A DNA stretch of 41,345 nt from NCBI GenBank assembly GCA_034530875.2, contig JAVRCJ020000055.1, positions 1 to 41,345 on the forward strand, written 5' to 3'. Source of the DNA: Nostoc sp. DedSLP01. GTDB taxonomy: Bacteria; Cyanobacteriota; Cyanobacteriia; Cyanobacteriales; Nostocaceae. The notes below the pieces were generated by a model. That model was not told where the DNA came from and did no database searches. It saw nothing but the letters and a program-made list of their open reading frames with translations. Below, in pieces: positions 1 to 10,904 of the stretch. Each line of letters opens with the position of its first letter. Positions within the stretch are counted from its first letter, which is position 1. The position numbers and the translations under genes were made by a program.

Positions 1-205
1 CAATTTAAACCCTGTTATGCTTCTGGATGATTTAGCTTCTTTACTACTTGCTTATCCCGGAAAGTGACAGAAGAGGGATATATCGAAACAATCAAGTCTA
101 AAACCGGGCTTCGTCCCGCTACAAAGACAGCCTTTTAAGACAAAAAGTTTTTGGAATGGGGTATAAATCCTCGTTACAAAAACGGCCTCCTGCCTCCTGC
201 CTTCG

Positions 206-1087
206 TTATATCGAAAAGTTTTCCGAACGAATGAGATTACCATTTTGCCAGACTTCTACTTTTTGGGCAGTAACTAAATAAGAAAAACTACCATTGTGTG
301 CTTCATATCTGCCTTGGCCAAGATTCACAGCTGGTATTTTAATAGGCTGACTTGGGTTTTGTTTAACCTGTCCAAGATAAAATAACTGACCATTTTCTTC
401 ACACACTTGGACGCGAATTTTTGCAGTTTCCCCTTTAATTATTGTCGCTCCATTGCATTGAGTACTAGTATTTAAAGGCGTAAGACCAATGACAATTGGC
501 TTTGCTATTGAGGATGTCGAAGTTGGGCGGTTAGAATTACTCAGTTGCCCTACTTGAGAACCAGAGGTAATATTTGCAGTTGCAGATGCCAACAAACGAA
601 GCGGATCGACTGCAATTCGACTTTGTAGATGAACTTCAAAGTGGAGATGAGGCGCTGTACTATTGCCAGTAGATCCCATTTCAGCAATAATTTCACCTTG
701 AATGACCTGTTGACCTTTCCTCACCAATAAACGGCGATTGTGACCGTAAACAGTAATGCTGCCGTCAGGATGTTTAATACTAATGGCATTGCCTAATCCC
801 CAATCGTCCCAACCTGCTTTGATAACTGTACCCGATGCAGCAGCAACAATAGGAGTTCCAGATACTCCAGCGATATCAATTCCTTCATGTTGATATTTCC
901 GAAAGCCTTGAGAAATAAATCCTTGAGTCGGCCAGATTAAGTTACTAGCAGGGATGGAAGTTTGCTCAGTTGAGGAATTGCCAGCTAATTGTGTGAGGAC
1001 AGATGTATTTGTACTCAATACACCTGCTAAGGATATTAAGCCAATTAGTCCGTAATTGCAGTATCGGTAAACATGAAGTTTTTTCAT
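206..1087 (-). CDS. M23 family metallopeptidase (exported, NlpD/MepM-like) with C-terminal extension domain
   Basis: HEGID (HxxxD) and HLH zinc motifs, GN...YGH, GSTGNSTAPHLHFE; hydrophobic N-terminus. Confidence 0.92.
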   Translation of the reverse strand: MKKLHVYRYCNYGLIGLISLAGVLSTNTSVLTQLAGNSSTEQTSIPASNLIWPTQGFISQGFRKYQHEGIDIAGVSGTPIVAAASGTVIKAGWDDWGLGNAISIKHPDGSITVYGHNRRLLVRKGQQVIQGEIIAEMGSTGNSTAPHLHFEVHLQSRIAVDPLRLLASATANITSGSQVGQLSNSNRPTSTSSIAKPIVIGLTPLNTSTQCNGATIIKGETAKIRVQVCEENGQLFYLGQVKQNPSQPIKIPAVNLGQGRYEAHNGSFSYLVTAQKVEVWQNGNLIRSENFSI

Positions 1088-1197
1088 AAATTATAGTTGA
1101 TAGAAATTAAAATATTGGTTTAGCGGCAGGGTGGATATAAAATATTGCATTGTTGATTTCATGTATGAAAACGATTGTGTGCGTCTCCAAAATCCTT

Positions 1198-1226
1198 GTA
1201 GCAACGTTGCATTGCAATGTCTCTAC
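1198..1226. repeat. Palindromic small dispersed repeat (GTAGxxACGTTGCATTGCAAxGTCTCTAC type); second copy at 17683-17709
   Basis: Imperfect inverted repeat seen twice in the window in intergenic positions. Confidence 0.7.
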
Positions 1227-1756
1227 ATTTGCATTCATATTGCAATCGGGTAATGGCAAACATATATTCTCCTCCTTACACGCTAGTTTTGCCCATTTTC
1301 GGCTCGTCAACAAAATTACAAGGTTTTTAGATTAGACGTAACAAGTAATAAAATGTTTGGATTAAGTATGCATGTTAACAGTTGCCCTCTGTTCCCTGTT
1401 TTCTACTTACAACTCACAATCGGCCTCATTTCAATACGACTGAAATTGCTGTATTCCTTAACTTTTTATTGTTCCCTTTCTGAGCTAGATAATTTATTTA
1501 GCACCGCTACTTATCAACAGCGAAAGTATTACTCTCGAACGAGGGAATCGCTGCTTTTGCAAAAAGTCTATTATCGCTTCACGACAAGTAAAATTTATGA
1601 TACTTTGCCCCTGGTGTCAGCTATGCTATATCTACACCATATTGAGCCAGCCATTTACAAATTCCTTGTTAATAATATCTAAAGATAACTGAATTATTAT
1701 TTTAAGATTTCTTCAAACTACCGGGTGCGACTGTTTCTAAACTTTGGGAATTAGGT

Positions 1757-4700
1757 ATGTTAAGTATGTCAACTCACCGAACTATTGTTGTAATTGCTGG
1801 TTGCCAACAAAGTGATAACGATTATGAGTATCAATTACAGCAAGATGGGGGTTTTGCATACAGTTTTCTCCAAGAGAAATACGACAATAAAATTTTGCCA
1901 CTGTTGGAATCGCAGCAAATTGACGGCATTCTTTTAGAGTTGTATTCTCCCCTTGACGATCGCTTTCATATTCTCAGGCAACTTAAGCAACAGATGGGGG
2001 AACACTCTCCACCAGTTGTGGTAATTGGCAGTGGAGAAGCTGAGGTAGCAGCACAGGCGTTTAAAAGTGGAGCAGTAGATTATCTGGTAAAAGATAGGAT
2101 AACGCCTAATGAGTTGCGTTTAGCAATGGATAGTGCGATCGCCAATGCCGAATTACAACGAAAACTGCTTTACAGCCAGCAGCAATTTCAAGTGTCAGTG
2201 GAGAATATGCTCGATTGCTTTGGCATTTTCTCATCCATTAGGAATGAGTCAGGGGAAATAATAGACTTTTGCATCGATTATCTCAATGCCGCAGCCTGCA
2301 AAAATAGCCAGATACCCAAAGAAATGCAGATTGGCAGCAAATTATGCCAAATTTTACCAACTCATCACAAAAGCGGGATGTTTGCTGAGTATTGCCGAGT
2401 AGTGGAAACGGGAGAGCCATTAATCAAAGATTTATTAATTTACGAGGAAACCTGTGGCGGGCAACAATTGGTGCAGGCATTGGATATTCGAGCCAGCAAA
2501 TTAAATGATGGGTTTGTTGCATCCTGGCGCGATATTACAGAGTATAAGCGTTTGGAATCGCAACTGCATCAAACCATAGCTGCTTTACAACAGCAGCAAT
2601 ACAGAGTGCAACATTTGATTGAGAAGGCTCCAATCGGCATTTGTATCGCCTCAGTTAGCGGCGAAGTTACAGCAATTAACGATGCTATGCTCCACTTGCA
2701 TGGTTGTACGCGGCAAGAGTTTGAGCAACAGGGTATCAACTGGCGCAACTTTATCCCGCCAGAGTTCTCAAAAAACAGCGAACAAGCACTCAAACAAGTG
2801 CAGGAACAAGGCTTCTTCCCACCCCAGGAGACGCAATTGCTACATCAAGATGGAACGCGTCTGCCAATTTTGCTGAGTGCAACCCAGTGGATAGAACGCA
2901 GCGACGAGCATTTAGTCTTTGCGATGGATTTAACGCCGCAAAAACAAGCCCAAGCTGCCATCGAACAACTGAACCGAGAATTGGCAAATCGGGTGAGCGA
3001 ATTGCAAACTTTGTTAGACATTATTCCAGTAGGAATTGCGATCGCCACAGATCCTACTTGCGTTCAAATGCACTCTAATGCCTACATTCGCCAATTACTA
3101 GGCGTTCCCCCTGCTAATAAAATCTCCAAAAGTGCGCCTGTTGAAGAACAACCTCCTTATCGAGTCTTTCAATCGGGACAAGAAATAGCAAGCGAGAACT
3201 TGCCGATGCAGGTTGCTGCCAGATTGGGTGTAGATGTGCGAGATACAGAATTTGAAATATTACTCAGCGATGGCACAGTGCGCCATCTATTGGCTTATGC
3301 AACTCCCTTGCGAGGCGACAACAAGGAAATCCGGGGTGCCGTCGGTGCTTTTTTGGATATCACAGAGCGCATTCAGACAGAAATAGCACTGCGTCAAAGT
3401 GAAGAACGATTCCGTAACATGGCAGATAACGCACCGATAATGGTTTGGATGACGGATGCTGCTGGTAAGTGCAATTACCTAAGTAAAATGTGGTACGAGT
3501 ACACTGGACAAACCGAAACAACCGGACTCGGGTTTGGTTGGCTGGATGCATTACATCCACAAGAAAGGGAATTGTCTGAAAACATCTTCTTGCAAGCAAA
3601 CGAGCGTCATGAAGCATTTCGCTTAGAATATCGTTTGCGCCGCCATGATGGTGAATATCGCTGGATGCTCGATGCAGCTAGCCCTTGGTTTAATGATGAT
3701 GGGGAATTTAAAGGATACATTGGCTCAGTCATCGATATTCACGATCGCCAGCAAATTGAAGTCGCCCTACAACAGAAAATCCAAGAAGCAGAAGCAGACA
3801 AACAAATTCTCGATGCCCTCATGGAATATATTCCCGAAGGAATTACCATTGCCGATGCTCCTGATGTGATGATTCGCCAAGTCAGTCGCTACGGACAACA
3901 ATTAATCGGGCGATCGCCGGAGGTAATTGAGGGTATTCCTGCCGAGAAACACGTACAAGTGTGGGATATTTTCTGTACTGATGGGGTAACTCCAGCTACA
4001 GCTGAGGCTTTACCGCTAACTCGTGCCGTCCAGCAAGGTGAAGTCATCACTAATGAAGAATGGGTGGTACGCAAACCAGACGGACAAAAACTTGTGCTTT
4101 TATGTAATGCCGGCCCCATTTACAATAGCAACGGAGAAATTACTGGCGGCATCGTTGCTTGGCGAGATATTAGCGATCGCAAACAAGTCGAGTTAGAACG
4201 TCAGCGTTCTGAAGCCATTATTCAGGCATTTATGGCAGCATCTCCCATTGCCTTAGCTCTATTCGATCGCGAACTACGGTTTTTGTATGCCAACGAAGCT
4301 TTAGCAAAAATTAATGAATTCCCCTTAAACGAGCAATTAGGGCGAACTTTGTGGGAATCTCTGCCGCAAATAGCATCTCAGTTTGCACCTTTACTTCTTA
4401 AGGTGATGGAAACTCAACAACCAGTCCTGAATCTGGAGTTCAATGGCGAACTCAGACCGGGCGTGTTTCGTCATACCATTGCCAATCATTATCCTGTTTG
4501 TTTGCCCAATGGTGAAGCGATCGGGGTTGGCGTGGCGGTGATGGAGATTAGCGAACTCACCCAAGCACAAGAAAAACTTAAAGAGAGTGAAGAACGCTTC
4601 CGCACCCTGGCAGACAATATTTCTCAGTTTGCTTGGATGGCAGACAACAAAGGACAAATCTTCTGGTATAATCAGCGCTGGTTTGATTATACAGGCATAC

Positions 4701-6508
4701 CCTTGGAAGAAATACAATCCAAGGTTTCTAGCCAGGTGTTACACCCAGACCAGTTGGAACGGGTGAATAAAAAGTTTTACGACTGTATCGAAACAGGGCA
4801 AACCTGGGAAGATACCTTTCTCTTACGCGGTAAAGATGGAGAGTATCGTTGGTTCCTTTCTCGTGCCATTCCAGTACGCGACGAAGGCGGCAAAGTGTTG
4901 CGCTGGTTTGGCACTAATACTGATATAACCGATCGCCAACAAGCAGAAGCAGCTTTGCGTGAAAGTGAAAACCGCTTGCGGCTGGCACTAGAGTCAGCCG
5001 AGTTAGGCACATGGGACTTCAACCCAATTACCGAAGTATTGCGATGGGACGAGCAATGTAAAGCGATGTTTGGGCTGCCGCCCGCAGCAGAGGTGACTTA
5101 CGATATTTTTCTGGCAGGCTTACATCCAGAAGACCGCGATCGCACCCATGAGGTTGTGTTGCGATCGTTCAATCCGGAAAGCGGTGGAGAGTATGATATT
5201 GAGTACCGCACGGTGGGCATCGAAGACGGCGTAGAAAGATGGATTGCCGCGAAGGGAAAAGCTTTTTTCAACTCTGAGGGAGTAGTTATCCGCTTTATCG
5301 GTACAGTCCTCAACATTACTCAGAAGAAACTAGCTGAGGCACAACGCGAAGAACTACTGCAACGCGAACAAGCCGCACGGGAAGCTGCCGAACAAGCAAA
5401 TCGCATCAAAGATGATTTTCTGGCTGTTCTCTCCCACGAGTTGCGATCGCCACTCAGTCCCATACTGGCTTGGACGAAATTATTGCAAACGCGCAAATTA
5501 AGTGAAACCAAAACTGCCGACGCCCTAGCTGCGATCGAACGGAATGTCAAATTGCAAACTCAATTAATTGATGACTTGCTTGATATTGCCAAAATTCTGC
5601 GCGGCAAACTCAGCCTGAATGTCACCTGTGTCAATCTAAAATTTATCATTCAAGCTGCTCTAGATACCGTGAGAACCGCAGCTGTGGCAAAATCAATTTC
5701 ACTCAATCCCGTATTACTCAATATCGGGCAAGTATCTGGTGATAGCGCCCGCCTCCAACAAATTGTTTGGAATTTGTTATCTAATGCCATCAAATTCACA
5801 CCCAAAGGTGGGCAAGTAGACATTCAACTCCAAAAAGTCGCTAATCAAGCAGAAATTACAGTCACAGACACGGGTAAAGGCATCAGCTCAGACTTCCTGC
5901 CTTACATCTTTGAATCGTTTAGACAGGAGGATAACTCAATCACGCGCAAGTATGGCGGATTGGGCTTGGGGTTGGCCATTGTCCGGCAGTTGGTTGAGGC
6001 ACACGGCGGCACCATCAAAGCTGACAGTCTTGGTGAAGGGTTAGGAGCTACGTTTACAGTCCGCTTACCACTGCTGAATGTCGAACCCGAAATCAACTAT
6101 CAACAGGAGTTGTTACCTCAAGAACTCACTCTTACGGGGGTTCGAGTTTTGGCTGTCGATGACGATCCTGATATTCGGGAGCTATTAAAGGTACTGTTTG
6201 CCGACTATGGAGCTGAAGTCATGGTTGTAAAATCTGCTGCACAAGTACTAGCAACCATAGAGTATTTCCAGCCAGATGTGTTAGTCAGCGATATTGGGAT
6301 GCCCGAAGTCGATGGTTATTCCCTAATCGAACAGATTCGGGCTTTACCTTCTCATCAAGGCGGACAGGTAAAAGCGATCGCTTTAACTGCCTATGCCAGA
6401 TCTGACGATCGCCAGCGTGCCTTAAACACTGGCTTTCACCAACATATTGCAAAACCAATAGATCCAGAACAATTAGTTCAAGCTGTGGCAGCGCTGGCAC
6501 AAAAATAA
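1757..6508 (+). CDS. Hybrid sensor histidine kinase: N-terminal REC-like domain, multiple PAS/PAC domains, HisKA, HATPase_c, C-terminal REC
   Basis: Repeated PAS/PAC motifs (DGEYRW, DIT), H-box SHELRSPL, N-box NLLSNAIKFT, G boxes DTGKG and GLGLGL, receiver VDDD...SDIGMP...KP. Confidence 0.95.
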   Translation: MLSMSTHRTIVVIAGCQQSDNDYEYQLQQDGGFAYSFLQEKYDNKILPLLESQQIDGILLELYSPLDDRFHILRQLKQQMGEHSPPVVVIGSGEAEVAAQAFKSGAVDYLVKDRITPNELRLAMDSAIANAELQRKLLYSQQQFQVSVENMLDCFGIFSSIRNESGEIIDFCIDYLNAAACKNSQIPKEMQIGSKLCQILPTHHKSGMFAEYCRVVETGEPLIKDLLIYEETCGGQQLVQALDIRASKLNDGFVASWRDITEYKRLESQLHQTIAALQQQQYRVQHLIEKAPIGICIASVSGEVTAINDAMLHLHGCTRQEFEQQGINWRNFIPPEFSKNSEQALKQVQEQGFFPPQETQLLHQDGTRLPILLSATQWIERSDEHLVFAMDLTPQKQAQAAIEQLNRELANRVSELQTLLDIIPVGIAIATDPTCVQMHSNAYIRQLLGVPPANKISKSAPVEEQPPYRVFQSGQEIASENLPMQVAARLGVDVRDTEFEILLSDGTVRHLLAYATPLRGDNKEIRGAVGAFLDITERIQTEIALRQSEERFRNMADNAPIMVWMTDAAGKCNYLSKMWYEYTGQTETTGLGFGWLDALHPQERELSENIFLQANERHEAFRLEYRLRRHDGEYRWMLDAASPWFNDDGEFKGYIGSVIDIHDRQQIEVALQQKIQEAEADKQILDALMEYIPEGITIADAPDVMIRQVSRYGQQLIGRSPEVIEGIPAEKHVQVWDIFCTDGVTPATAEALPLTRAVQQGEVITNEEWVVRKPDGQKLVLLCNAGPIYNSNGEITGGIVAWRDISDRKQVELERQRSEAIIQAFMAASPIALALFDRELRFLYANEALAKINEFPLNEQLGRTLWESLPQIASQFAPLLLKVMETQQPVLNLEFNGELRPGVFRHTIANHYPVCLPNGEAIGVGVAVMEISELTQAQEKLKESEERFRTLADNISQFAWMADNKGQIFWYNQRWFDYTGIPLEEIQSKVSSQVLHPDQLERVNKKFYDCIETGQTWEDTFLLRGKDGEYRWFLSRAIPVRDEGGKVLRWFGTNTDITDRQQAEAALRESENRLRLALESAELGTWDFNPITEVLRWDEQCKAMFGLPPAAEVTYDIFLAGLHPEDRDRTHEVVLRSFNPESGGEYDIEYRTVGIEDGVERWIAAKGKAFFNSEGVVIRFIGTVLNITQKKLAEAQREELLQREQAAREAAEQANRIKDDFLAVLSHELRSPLSPILAWTKLLQTRKLSETKTADALAAIERNVKLQTQLIDDLLDIAKILRGKLSLNVTCVNLKFIIQAALDTVRTAAVAKSISLNPVLLNIGQVSGDSARLQQIVWNLLSNAIKFTPKGGQVDIQLQKVANQAEITVTDTGKGISSDFLPYIFESFRQEDNSITRKYGGLGLGLAIVRQLVEAHGGTIKADSLGEGLGATFTVRLPLLNVEPEINYQQELLPQELTLTGVRVLAVDDDPDIRELLKVLFADYGAEVMVVKSAAQVLATIEYFQPDVLVSDIGMPEVDGYSLIEQIRALPSHQGGQVKAIALTAYARSDDRQRALNTGFHQHIAKPIDPEQLVQAVAALAQK

Positions 6509-6751
6509 AGTTGAGTTAAAAAAATTATCTGTGAAGGCAAGGGAACAGGGGGAGAAAAAATAATACCAATCTCTGCATCAGAATGATAATCGCAGGTAAG
6601 GTGAAAGAGGCAAGTGTCGTTTGCCTCCTTCACCACTCCTCTATATTTAATTATCATTATCAATTCCTCTAAATACAGAGAGAAGACAATAAACCCCCAC
6701 AACTACATCGCATTATGGGAGGATGCAGTACTAGAACGCCAGCATACTAAA

Positions 6752-7001
6752 TAGGTAGGCAAGAAAAAATCAAACTATGTAAAGATAAGTAAATACGGAA
6801 AATATATCTACTCAGGTAACGAGTGATATGGGTGCGCGAATCAGGGTATTCCTCAGCCACGAGCAAGACTAAACCCTGTTAAACCTAAAAAAAGCTCATG
6901 TACCACAGAAAGTTAAAGACCGAGCAGAGATCGTCAGGTTAAACGCACATAGTTGGTATGTAGAGAAGATAGCTTCTCACTTTAACTGGACTCCACAAAC
7001 C
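6752..7001 (+). pseudogene. IS630-family transposase remnant (N-terminal HTH part only)
   Basis: From ATG at 6828: MGARIRVFLSHEQD*TLLNLKKAHVPQKVKDRAEIVRLNAHSWYVEKIASHFNWTPQT. This resembles cyanobacterial IS630-type HTH ORFs, has an internal stop and is truncated. The left end is approximate. Confidence 0.7.
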
Positions 7002-7544
7002 CAGAAACTTTGCCTAAAAATTCGACTTAGTTTGTTATGACCCTTGTTCCTGGTATTAAGTATAAAGAAGTAAGAAACTTATATGGTTTAAAAAATTGGT
7101 TTGAATACTGACTTAAACAAAGTAAAAAGGAATTAGGATGGGCTGATTTTCGAGTAACTGACTATTCCCAAATCTCCAGTGGAGGGAAGTCATCATGAGT
7201 GCTTATCTAACGGTAAGTCTTCACTCCCAAATTTTAAATAATCATCCAGAACAAGGGGTCAATAAACCTACAGATCCAGTTGTGGCAAAATTCAGAGAAC
7301 ATGATTGATAGGATTTTGGTTTGGGGTAGAAGAATCTACTCAATAATTTACGTCTAGTAATTCAACTTTTCATCTTCTTTAATTTACTAAAATATTGGTT
7401 TAATCTCTTTCCAGTTTCACATTTATCGATTGGGTTTATCACATTGATTGCATTAATGAATCGAATGCAAGGTGCTATTCCATATCTATACGAATCCGAG
7501 AATTTCTTATTTTCCTTTCCCTAGAGTGATGGCGTTAAAGCTAG
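7001..7544 (+). pseudogene. IS701-family transposase remnant (C-terminal part)
   Basis: Translation gives ...NLYGLKNWFEY*LKQSKKELGWADFRVTDYSQI...SAYLTVSLH...KNLLNNLRLVIQ..., with several stops and a frameshift. It ends near CTAG at 7541-7544. Confidence 0.75.
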
Positions 7545-7790
7545 CGGATAAAAGGGAAACTACAGTACCAAGCGTGTTAAATTTAACTCTAATTACTTGA
7601 GTTAACTTTTCATTACATATTTGGGTATTTTCCTGCCCACTTACTTAACTTTTTACTTTTGTTCCATTCTTCATCAAAAATACATAAAAGATATATTTAC
7701 TAGATGTATAGTATTTAGAAGAAAGTTTTCTGACTGAATTGCAATTAAATACGAAAAGTTAAACCCAGACAAAATTAGTAATTCTACAAT

Positions 7791-7898
7791 TTTTTCCAGT
7801 GAAAAAATAATCAAAATTAAGTTATTTAAAACTTAAAAATTTTTTTGATTATTTTTCCAATGGAAAATAATCAAAATTAAGTTATTTAAAACTTAAAA
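7791..7898. promoter_or_regulatory. AT-rich 60-bp-period direct repeat with nested inverted repeats upstream of the 7965 ORF
   Basis: aaaataatcaaaattaagttatttaaaacttaaaa occurs twice, 60 bp apart. ttaagtt/aacttaa and aaaaataatcaaaa/ttttgattattttt are reverse complements. Confidence 0.5.
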
Positions 7899-7964
7899 GT
7901 TTTTCATTTGCTTTGTAAAAGCAGTGAAATTTGTTCACGCTTAGTTAATTGGAAATCGTTAAAT

Positions 7965-8702
7965 ATGTCAAATCTAAGTACGAATGAACTGGTTTCGTTT
8001 AAATTAAAAGACGTTGTAATTCCAGCGCAGTCAGGTGTAGCCAACGTCACCGTCAATCTAGACTACAAAGCGGGAGTAGGCAACAGTCAGTTCCGTTCAG
8101 TCCTACCAATTGCCGACTTTGTTAGAGATAGCTTGACGAATTCTCAAAATCCCAATCAATTCTACGAAGTCATTAACAAAAATGTCGCCAAATCGCTGCT
8201 TTCCAATAGCAGCTTCAAATTGTCATCCGTCCTTGACTCTGCATCGGTGAAACTGGATGTGGCACCAAATTCAGGCATTCCTTTTGCATTTAGCGACACT
8301 GTTAAAATCACTCCTGATGGCACAACCGATCAACTGGTTTCGTTTGAATTAAAAGACGTTCTAATTCCAGCGCAGTCAGGTGTCGCCAACGTCACCGTCA
8401 ATCTAGACTACAAAGCAGGAGTAGGCAACAGTCAGTTCCGCGACGTTCTACCAATTGCTGACTTTGTTAGAGATAGCCTGACAAATTATCAAAATCCCAA
8501 TCAATTCTACGAAGTCATTAATAAAAATGTAGCTGAGGATACATTCTCTGATTTAGGATTGTCGTCAGTGTTGGACTCCCTAACTATTACGTTGGGTGTA
8601 GCACCAAATGCGGGTATTCCTTTCCCCTTTACTGACACAGTTACCGTCACCTCGAACGGGATTACTCAATCTCATGGGGATCATTTACTCGCACTTAATT
8701 AA
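7965..8702 (+). CDS. Hypothetical protein made of two tandem ~115-aa copies of one domain
   Basis: LVSFxLKDVxIPAQSGVANVTVNLDYKAGVGNSQFRxVLPIADFVRDSLTN...FYEVINKNVA occurs twice. ATG 7965 is preferred over the TTG at 7908. Confidence 0.8.
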   Translation: MSNLSTNELVSFKLKDVVIPAQSGVANVTVNLDYKAGVGNSQFRSVLPIADFVRDSLTNSQNPNQFYEVINKNVAKSLLSNSSFKLSSVLDSASVKLDVAPNSGIPFAFSDTVKITPDGTTDQLVSFELKDVLIPAQSGVANVTVNLDYKAGVGNSQFRDVLPIADFVRDSLTNYQNPNQFYEVINKNVAEDTFSDLGLSSVLDSLTITLGVAPNAGIPFPFTDTVTVTSNGITQSHGDHLLALN

Positions 8703-8997
8703 CAGTTTGACTGGCGGTATAGCAATCCTAAATCATTTGTAAAAAATCACATCCCAACACAGTAGAGTTAAGATGTGATTCTTAGGAGCAACCGCAGAGA
8801 TAACGATATTGTTGGCGAAAGTGTTACAAACACATAAACAAAAGTATTACAACTAAAAACCGCAATGACAGATTGAAGGTTTGAGCTTATGTAATACTTG
8901 TATTTAGCAATATGTAGTACATTTGCCAACGGTATCGTTAATTACCGTAGCCAAGGCATCGGGGAGGGTGCTGTCAGCTGGTGGGGTATCTGTCGCA

Positions 8998-9036
8998 AAA
9001 ATGCGATCGCTAATAAAAAACTCGCGATCGCATTTT
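8998..9036. terminator. Hairpin built from two HIP1 sites, probable bidirectional terminator downstream of glgA
   Basis: AAAATGCGATCGC-13nt-GCGATCGCATTTT perfect 13-bp stem between convergent genes. Confidence 0.6.
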
Positions 9037-9123
9037 CAGATTAGCTTGATATCTGAAGAAAGCGACAACGAGTCACATATAATCTTTTTCTTTCTTCTCC
9101 CCCTGCCCCCAGCCTTTTTAAAA

Positions 9124-10575
9124 TTACGGAGTTGAGGAATTACTAGTTGCCACTGCCTCGTTTAATACTAACTCTGGTTGTGGTGTCTCCTCTTCTTCTG
9201 GTGGTAAGCCGTAAATTGACCTGTACAAGTTCACGTATTGCTTGGCAGATTCATACCAGCTAAAGTTTTCACTCATACCCCGCTTTTGTAGTTCTTCCCA
9301 TTGGGGTTTGAAACGGAAGCCTTCCCAAGCCCGAATCATACAGGTGAAAAGGTCTAGCGGTTCGTAGCGGTCAAAACAGTAACCAGTACCCTTGGCATTG
9401 ATGGGGTCGTGGTGCGATACGGTGTCAACTAATCCACCAGTGCGGCGGACAATGGGGACAGAACCATAACGCAGCGCCAGCATTTGGCTAATACCGCAAG
9501 GTTCAAAACGGCTAGGCATTAAGAAGGCATCAGTGCCAGCGTAGATGCGACGAGACAAGGCATCGTTATACAACAGGTAAGTTGCCATGCGTCCGGGATA
9601 GCGAGACGCTAATTGCCACATCTGACTTTCATAGTAGCGATCGCCTGTCCCTAAAAGTACAAACTGTGCGTCTGTATAGGCCATAAAGCGATCGAGAATT
9701 TGCAATATTAGATCGATGCCTTTTTGTTCTACTAATCGCGTCACGATTCCGATTAAAAATGCACCGGAATTCACTTCTAATCCTACTTCTTCTTGCAAAG
9801 CAATTTTGTTAGCTTTGCGTTTTTCTAGAGTATCAGCTGTGAAGGTTTGGGCAATGTATTTATCTGTTGCTGGGTCGTAAACTTCGGTATCAATACCATT
9901 GACAATCCCGGATAACTTACCGCTGATAAAAGACAACAATCCTTCTAATGTTTCGCCATAAGCAGGCGTTTTGATTTGCTCTGCATAAGTAGGCGAAACT
10001 GTATTTACTTTATTGGCATATTGCACCGCAGCTGCCATTGTGTTGTGTCCTTGCATATACCAAGGACACCAAGTAATTTTTTCTAAATACCAACGCCACG
10101 GCCCTTGATAAGCTAAATTATGAATCGTAAAGACGGTAGTGATATCAGGATCTTGGTGCATCCACACAGGAATCATTCCTGTATGCCAATCGTGGCAGTG
10201 AATAATTTCTGGTTTCCAGTAATTCCAGGCAAACTCCGCTGCACCATTGGCAAACAAGGTGAACCGCCAATCTTCATCTTCTCCTGAATAAATGCGGCGG
10301 GGCGTAAAGGCGGGATGTCCAAATAAGTATAAGGGAACATCAGTACCAGGCAAAACGGTTTCGTAGACTGCAAAGTGCTGGAACATTGCATCTCCCCACC
10401 AAACGGGTTCTTGGGGAATCTGCATTTTGTCTGGCAAGAAGCCGTAGTAAGGCATGAATATCCGCACATCGTGCCCCATTGCTCTGAGGAATTTGGGCAA
10501 TGCGCCAACAACGTCGCCCATTCCACCTACTTTCGCAATGGGTGCTGCCTCTGCTGCAACAAATAAAATCCGCAT
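9124..10575 (-). CDS. glgA: Glycogen synthase
   Basis: [11 protein letters not shown]-glucose motif, [34 protein letters not shown]. Confidence 0.98.
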   Translation of the reverse strand: MRILFVAAEAAPIAKVGGMGDVVGALPKFLRAMGHDVRIFMPYYGFLPDKMQIPQEPVWWGDAMFQHFAVYETVLPGTDVPLYLFGHPAFTPRRIYSGEDEDWRFTLFANGAAEFAWNYWKPEIIHCHDWHTGMIPVWMHQDPDITTVFTIHNLAYQGPWRWYLEKITWCPWYMQGHNTMAAAVQYANKVNTVSPTYAEQIKTPAYGETLEGLLSFISGKLSGIVNGIDTEVYDPATDKYIAQTFTADTLEKRKANKIALQEEVGLEVNSGAFLIGIVTRLVEQKGIDLILQILDRFMAYTDAQFVLLGTGDRYYESQMWQLASRYPGRMATYLLYNDALSRRIYAGTDAFLMPSRFEPCGISQMLALRYGSVPIVRRTGGLVDTVSHHDPINAKGTGYCFDRYEPLDLFTCMIRAWEGFRFKPQWEELQKRGMSENFSWYESAKQYVNLYRSIYGLPPEEEETPQPELVLNEAVATSNSSTP

Positions 10576-10904
10576 GGTAAGTTTTGTTTCCCCGGTTCTG
10601 GCTGTACAGTTATCAGTTCTCAGTTATCAGTTTTTAACCGTGCCAATTTTAGATTTGAGATTTTAGATTTTGGATTAATTATTTTGCTTCACGTTCCGTC
10701 GCTAGTGAGTGGAACAAATTTTTCATCCGAAATTTAAAATCCTACGCTTGATGACTCGCTGACGCTGTGCTATCAAGCCTCTACCCACAATGGTTTTTTT
10801 CAATCTAAAATCAGCAATCCAAAATCCAAAATTGATTGACTCTGGCTACTAATTACTGCTGACTGATTACTTACTTATCTAACCACATCCCCTTGTGCAA
10901 TTGC

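Noticed and set aside
1107..1682. ORFs of 61-109 aa between the peptidase and the kinase
   Set aside because: No recognisable motifs. They overlap an SDR and a divergent promoter region.
2569..6500. Many short antisense or alternate-frame ORFs inside the kinase (and similarly inside other large genes)
   Set aside because: They are shadow ORFs of a well-supported CDS.
7987..8531. Possible DGR template/variable repeat pair
   Set aside because: Both copies are in frame in one ORF, the differences are not adenine-specific, and there is no reverse transcriptase in the window.
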